A DNA stretch of 64,000 nucleotides, from the NCBI GenBank assembly GCA_977016875.1, contig CDRNST010000015.1, forward strand, positions 4,898,001 to 4,962,000, written 5' to 3'. The notes under the pieces are model-generated. The model was not told the DNA's origin. It saw only the letters and a list, made by a program, of their open reading frames with translations, and did not search any database. This document shows positions 57,917 to 64,000 of the stretch, piece by piece (within the stretch, counting starts at the first letter, position 1; each line of letters starts with the position of its first letter). Both the position numbers and the translations under genes were made by a program. Source of the DNA: Pavona decussata. Lineage: Eukaryota.

Positions 57917-60105
57917 CAATTTAAAGTTGTTTGTTTTTGATGTTGGATTACTTCGAGAACCTGTAGCTCGTAACTTCTTTTAGCTGTTTCCTGTTTTTAC
58001 CCACGCCAAATTTTTCGGAAACCACAACGACGGTAAGTAGAGCGAAGAAATTGCATGACCTTTTATTGCAAACGGATACTTGATTACTTCACTCTGGTAT
58101 ACGCTTTGCAAAGGAAGAACACTATTTCTTTTCCGTGTGGAAGTAAAAAAACAAAAAACAAGTTATGTGACCGTCTGAACTGCAAAAAAGGTAGGAGGAT
58201 CGTTTTGTTTTTTGGGTAGACATTCAAGATTGGATTGGCCGTGGGAGGCCTTTTTTCCTCCTGTAGTACTTTTATTTATTAAAAGTATTTAGCACGGCTT
58301 GCAGGAAGAGGGAGTTTATAACCGGAATAAAAAAAAAACGTTTCCGAAACGAGCTATAGTACTGTTGATCGAAATACGTTTTTCATTTACTAGTTTTCAA
58401 TTAATTAAACGTCAATATTTGAAACAAAATTAAAACTAACAACACGAACGAAACTATAGAGGGGCTTATATCCGGGGGGCTTATAATCGGATCGAATTTG
58501 GTTTTACAGATAGATTGGCCTATAATCAGGGGGGAGGGGATTATAAGGGGGGGGGGGGGGTTATAAGCTGCAGTTTATGGTATTTCGTTTCACGATTTCC
58601 AAAAAAAGATTTTTTTCACCGTTGATGAAAGAAAAGAGGTAATAAGCATCATAAAAGATGCACGCTGAACTTAGAAATGTTTTAGTGTGGCTGGCCGGCA
58701 TCGGTTTCCAGCACTTATAATTTGACGGATAAATATCACTCTCTATCAGTTGATACAACAACAATCGTACCAAAGAAATGCCTAACCATTCAGTTGGTGA
58801 ATAAGTTATGGTCGTTCTCTTGACAAAATAGGTTACCATACCAACACAACAGTACAACCTGTTAAAATAGCGCTAATTTTAGCTTAAAGTTTTTAAGTAA
58901 AAAAACTCGTTATCACTCAAAAGCGAGCTTGGAGACTTCCATTTTGCTTTATTATGGAACTGTGATCAGCATGTTCAGATACAACTTTTTGCAAGGTAAC
59001 TTTACAAAAAATTCATAGGAAGGTGTTCAGAGCCACCTTAAATTTTTGACACTTCAATTATATTGAAGACACTTGATGGTTAGGTGCTGAAGAAACAAGA
59101 GCAAACGCCTTACACAACATGACATTGACCCATTAAAATTAATTCTCACGGCAATCTCCATCATCACAAAAATGTGGTAAACACAATCTTGTACCCAGAG
59201 TCCTCAGGCTCTAAATGGCCAGCAGTTGGTTGCCAGGAGACACTCTGGGGAAATTGATTGGCTGCTATGTAACGGCTATGCTTTTCACTTTCATTGTTTT
59301 ACCATAGAAATCCTGCGGTGAAAAATTCCAGGACCCAAAGTCTGTCCTGGTGACTAACTGCTGGCCAAAGAGCAGAAAATGCTAACTTAAAAGCCCAGCT
59401 GGTCCCTAGACAATGGAAATTTTAGGCACAAACGTGCATTTTTAGCTGGACTGGACAGCTAATTAATTATTCTCCTCTTTTAAAAGAACTAAAACAGTTC
59501 AACCTTTTTCTTTTTCTTTTTCTCTGAATTTTAAGGTGACAGCTCCCTCCTAGCAGAGCTTTCCATTTGCCATTTCTCTTTCTTTCTTGAATTTTTGTTG
59601 CTTCCGTTTTCTTTAAAATAGCAAACAGTAACAATAAAGAGAAAGCTTTGCTAGTAGGGTGAAAGTAGAAAAATGTCTAAGAGAAAGGAAGTACATGTAC
59701 TTTGACAAAACTTAGAATGTTGTGAATCTTAGCTAAGCCAGACACTATTTGTTCATGAAAGAGCATTTTTTCACCCGTTTTAAAAATTATGCAAGGTATT
59801 AATTCACATCAAAGTCTATAGGCGACAGTTTTGGTAAAGAAAACTCTACTTTTCTTCAAATTTAAAATCCAATAGTTATATCAGGCCAGGGACTCAAAAG
59901 GCCTTTTGAACTTATAGATACTTTACTAGAAGGATTTGTCAGCTTAATACCAAACAGAGGTGCTTAAAACGACTAGAATTAGCTATCAGGTATTTCTAGT
60001 TGTAGAACCACTGGATGAAGATCTTTGGCACCAAGGTTCATCATCCTGAGAGGATTTGGCAGACACTGTATTGTTTCATATTTACTGACAAAGCTGGCAT
60101 TTTAT

Positions 60106-62572
60106 TCACTGTTCCCAAGGGCGAGGTCCTCTTTTGTTTTCCCAGTTGTCAATGTCAACTTTTTTAGTTATATCCTAGGATTGAACGAAATGAAAACTAT
60201 ATTATCAACAATGGATGAATTCAACAACCAAGTTTTGTATTACTGTAAAAGCTCTATTAAGCCCCCGGGGGCCTTATTTAATTTCAGGCCTCATTAATAG
60301 GGACTAATGTTAGAGCAAGGGGGGTAGGGTTAAATAGAGAGAGAGAGGGGGGGGGGGGCGCTTAAAAGAGCTTTTACAGTATATTTTATCTACCTGTTAC
60401 AGTAACTAAAATTAAAATTAGGCCTGTCAGATCTACATGTACCATTCATTCAAAAGAAAATAACAATGATATTGATATTTGAAACAATTTACTGAGTGAC
60501 AAGTGTCTGTTCGGTGTTTGTACATTTTTGCTTTGGCAGCGATCTTAATTTGCACTTTTTATAGACTGTCTTCTAATTATTGTCCTAATTGTGGCTTTCC
60601 CTTAGGGTTCTCAACCATTCATAAAATCGCTTTCAAATTAATTTTGATATGTCTCCATTTTTATCTTTTGTTGTTGCAACCTTTTGGGGGGATTTGTCAT
60701 TGAAGGAGTATAGATTGTGGTCTAGTTTTCACCTCATATGCTTCCTCTAGAGAAGCTTGTTTGGTTTTATGTGGTAACACTTGCAGCGCCTCTTCCTTGT
60801 TTAGCTGAGCAAAAACAAAAACAATAAAAGTATATTAAAAAAGTCAATTTTACTCACCAGGGAAAGATATAAAATTAGACGATGTAGGAAAAAAATAAAA
60901 TAAACAGAGTGAAAATTGTTAGCTTTGGAAATCCAAGATTGGGGAGGAGATCGTGTGGGTATGGTGTTAATGCACTCTGCTTATACACAAACAAACAAAC
61001 ATACTCCACAGGTAAGATTAACATGTCAGCTTGAAGTTTTTGGTGAATTTCAGAAAATATCCATTCCCACCAGCCCACAGCCCATTGGAAATTCCAAGAG
61101 GGAGGATCTCCAAAGCCATATTTAAATGAAAGTATAGAGTTTAACTCATTAAGGCTGGTTGGTATCTTCACTTTTGTGTTGTTCGTCAGACTGTGAAGAA
61201 ACTTGGGTAGGACACACTGCTAGGGGTAACCACATGATGGACTAGCATCCCATACTCAGTGGAGTAGCAACACTCCTAGTTCCTTCATGCAACAGAAACC
61301 AGGGCAATCTCTGGCTGTGTAGGCCACTAAGGCTTGTACAGCTGTAGTACAACTTTACCTTTACATGGAGTTAAATTGGAACTTTCAGGGGGTGAGAGCC
61401 TGGAAGTTCCAAAGCAAAAGCCTCCCATAGGAGGGGTATCTAGATTGGATGGTTTCTAGAACAATGCAGCTCTTATGAGCTGGATGCACTGCTTAACATT
61501 CCAATGTTAACATCAATGAATCCACAAAAGTCACTGGGCAAAATGTTTGATTGTAAACAAATATTCATCCATCAAAAACTGCTAATCTAGCTTCACCAAG
61601 CATGAGGTACTAAAATTCAATTACATGATCTTTAGCAGTCTGCAACTGACAGCTCATGCTCTGATTCCTGTGAGTGGTGGATGTAGGGGTGGGGCTCGGA
61701 CCTCCCCCCCAAGGCACCGAGGAGATTTTGTTTCACAGAGGAGCAAGTTGAGTGATCGCAAGCAGGCCCCCACATACTTGAAGGTCTGGATCTGCCAGTC
61801 TCCTTTGCAGCTGTTGTTTGGGCTCATCACCCAATGCACTCCCTCCCCAGAGAGCATGTTCCAGGACAACCCCAAATACATCTGTGAAGGAGACTAGATA
61901 TGCTGCTACCTGTGGCTAATAACCTGATGATGACAGGCCAATGGAGAAACACAGGAATCATAGCAGACATCTGTGCAACCTTGTTCCCAGGGTCTCTCCT
62001 CTTCACATCCCAGGGAGCGAGAGGCCAGGCTTCACTCTCTCTTGCTCCCTCAGAGACCCTAGGAATGTAGTTGACATCCGTGATGTTGGGGATGTGAACG
62101 ATCTTAGTGTTCCAACAAATAGCACATGCAAAAGGGAAAAATCGACCTAAAACTAAGCTAAAATATATATTTTAGTTGTAAGTTACAACTACAGTTGTAA
62201 TTAAAATCGATTTATATATATGAGCTTACGTACAGCGTGACTCTTCTCATCTCGGCGTTTGATCTTTATTTCAGTGAATTCCTTCAATGCAAATGATCCT
62301 CCGACAACTAATGCCTAAAAATTTCAAATGAAGACGACACATGAACAGGTCAGGCATAAGCTCATATGCATTTCAGCAGTTTTGTACATAGCATGCTGAG
62401 CTAAAGCAAAATAGCATTTTGGTAGATGTGAAAATTGTAATAATATTAGTTTCTAAGATATTTGAACAAAAGACTGTTTCAATCATTTACGCAACGAAAA
62501 GGGATAAATTCATAAAATATCTAATGGCCTTACAATCATCGGAACACCAAATCGCAGAAACTGCCTCGCCAT
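60106..62572 (-). CDS. COX16: Cytochrome c oxidase assembly factor COX16, 86 aa, 4 exons
   Basis: Exons 62572-62534, 62314-62234, 60804-60733, 60174-60106, all phase 0 GT-AG. Translation: MARQFLRFGVPMI-ALVVGGSFALKEFTEIKIKRRDEKSHA-LNKEEALQVLPHKTKQASLEEAYE-DITKKVDIDNWENKRGPRPWEQ*. Matches the COX16 hallmarks GVPM..VGGSFGL.EF, SLE.EYE and W.N.RGPRPWE. Not recovered by the supplied ORF track. Confidence 0.93.
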
Positions 62573-62633
62573 TTTGGGCTGAGCAGCCAGGTACTTCAGC
62601 TTTGTAACCGCCCCTAATAGTCAAAATGGCGGC
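62566..62633. promoter_or_regulatory. Very compact bidirectional promoter region with YY1-type AAAATGGCG motifs on both strands and a GC box
   Basis: GCCATTTT (minus-strand AAAATGGC) at the COX16 start, CAAAATGGCGGCC at the + gene start, CCGCCC at about 62608. Confidence 0.6.
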
Positions 62634-62728
62634 CGTTCTTCGGAGATGTGTCTGCGGTAGAAGCTACGCAAGATCTTTATTCACGGGGAAGAATAGTTAT
62701 TTAAGGAATATCGCCCAATTTAAGAAAG
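62626..62728 (+). CDS. First coding exon of an unidentified gene, probable mitochondrial targeting peptide; continues beyond the window
   Basis: AAAATGGCGG start context. MAAVLRRCVCGRSYARSLFTGKNSYLRNIAQFKK is rich in R/S/L/A with no acidic residues and ends at a strong AG|GTAAGA donor. Divergent from COX16. Confidence 0.6.
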
Positions 62729-62902
62729 GTAAGAGTAGATATCTGTTATCTTTTGATCTATCGATGCTGATCGATGGCTTCAAACTGGCGTGTAAACTCG
62801 TACGGATGCATGCACTTTGGGACCCGGGTTTGAAATCAACACATGCTGCATTCAACCGGTTATGAGGTTATTATGATCCGCATTTCAAAGTTTGACAAAG
62901 AA

Positions 62903-62969
62903 GAAGTTTTGTTTAAGGGACTAAGGTTATTCAATGATTGAATAACCTTAGTCCCTTAAACAAAACTTC
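62903..62969. repeat. Perfect 33-bp inverted repeat with a 1-nt spacer
   Basis: GAAGTTTTGTTTAAGGGACTAAGGTTATTCAAT-G-ATTGAATAACCTTAGTCCCTTAAACAAAACTTC. Confidence 0.95.
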
Positions 62970-64000
62970 AAAAATAGCGTACGTTCCTACAGTTACATGT
63001 AATACCAACCTATTAACTGTAGGAAGGTACACTGTATAATTGTTCTTTTATTGCAATTTAAAATTGTACCTGTCCCTCACTGTAAGTGCAGCCAACGTGA
63101 AAAAAGAATAGACTGACTCAGATTTTAATTTGCAATTAAAGATTGAAGACTATGTAACTCCCTCCTCCACTCCCATCCCTCTCGAGCAATAATTCTGATA
63201 CTAGGTGCCTGTTTTGAAAAAAAAAAAAACTGTGGACAAGATTTCTGAACTGTTACTGTACATTCATTGTGTACACATACATCGTAATATTTTTTCGCTC
63301 AAAGTTTGTACTGTAAACGTGCATTTGTTTTTTAAGGATAATGCACCAATCATTAGGAACCTTCAACATCCACCCTCGTCCCACCCCCATTTTTGCACCT
63401 GGGGAGTGGGGTGGGGAGACAGGGTGGGAACTTGAATTTTGCCTGTGGGGTGGGGTGGGGAATTTTGTGCCCAATGTGTCAAGTTTACACTTTTCTTGTC
63501 TGGTGGAATATAAGTGGTTCCTGATCAATGGTTGAGTTCAAATGAGGGGGGGGGGGGGGGGGGGGGGGTGGGAAATGCCAATTTCGTGAGTGATTGGCTC
63601 ACCGAAAACTCCACAAACTTTAACTTTAATTTATCAGCTTTATTGGTCAATTAATTAATTTTAATAAACAACAAACTATAAAGATGAGAAAAAGAAATAT
63701 GAAAAGAAATACCAAAAGAGTTAGTGCAAACGGGATATGATACCCATGCGAGGCACAACCCTAACCTAAGAAAAATCAAGTAAAATTTACAATGAAAATA
63801 CTAAATAATAAAAATCACGAAGATTACGAACGGTGGCACGGGCAGTCATGGGTGAGGAACCAGGTGCAAGGCATGTCTATGTCAAAGGTGGTATCTAATA
63901 AAGTAAAGTAGTGGCACGTAGGTGGCAGGTTCTGCAGTGTTTTTGAACATACATGTATATACATATATTGTAGGAAAGTTGATTGAATGTGATTGAACCA

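Overview
Eukaryotic, intron-rich, AT-rich animal genomic DNA. The gene set and repeat landscape suggest an anthozoan such as a stony coral (inference, not verified). Genes reconstructed by hand from splice sites and translated exons: (1) CEBPZ/Mak21/Noc1 on +, 5' end at or beyond the window start, 32-33 exons, stop at 35997. (2) An intronless 889-aa class C (CaSR-like) GPCR nested on the SAME strand inside an 8.2-kb CEBPZ intron. (3) CATSPER1 on -, 11 exons, about 383 aa, TLDDW pore, with one U12-like intron. (4) COX16 on -, 4 exons, 86 aa. (5) The first exon of a divergent, probably mitochondrially targeted gene whose ATG lies only 53 bp from the COX16 ATG. CATSPER1 intron 3 holds a decayed 9.3-kb P-superfamily DNA transposon encoding transposase, two CCHC zinc knuckles and a YqaJ/lambda-exonuclease domain. 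That element sits inside a 9-bp-TSD MITE, and the same MITE family inserted independently into both of its TIRs. Also present: a tRNA-Thr-containing repeat whose TSD-flanked copies are circularly permuted or longer than one unit, an ISL2EU-like mini-element, Penelope-type hammerhead remnants, many MITEs, LINE 3' fragments and microsatellites. No database searches were run; family calls rest on recalled motifs.
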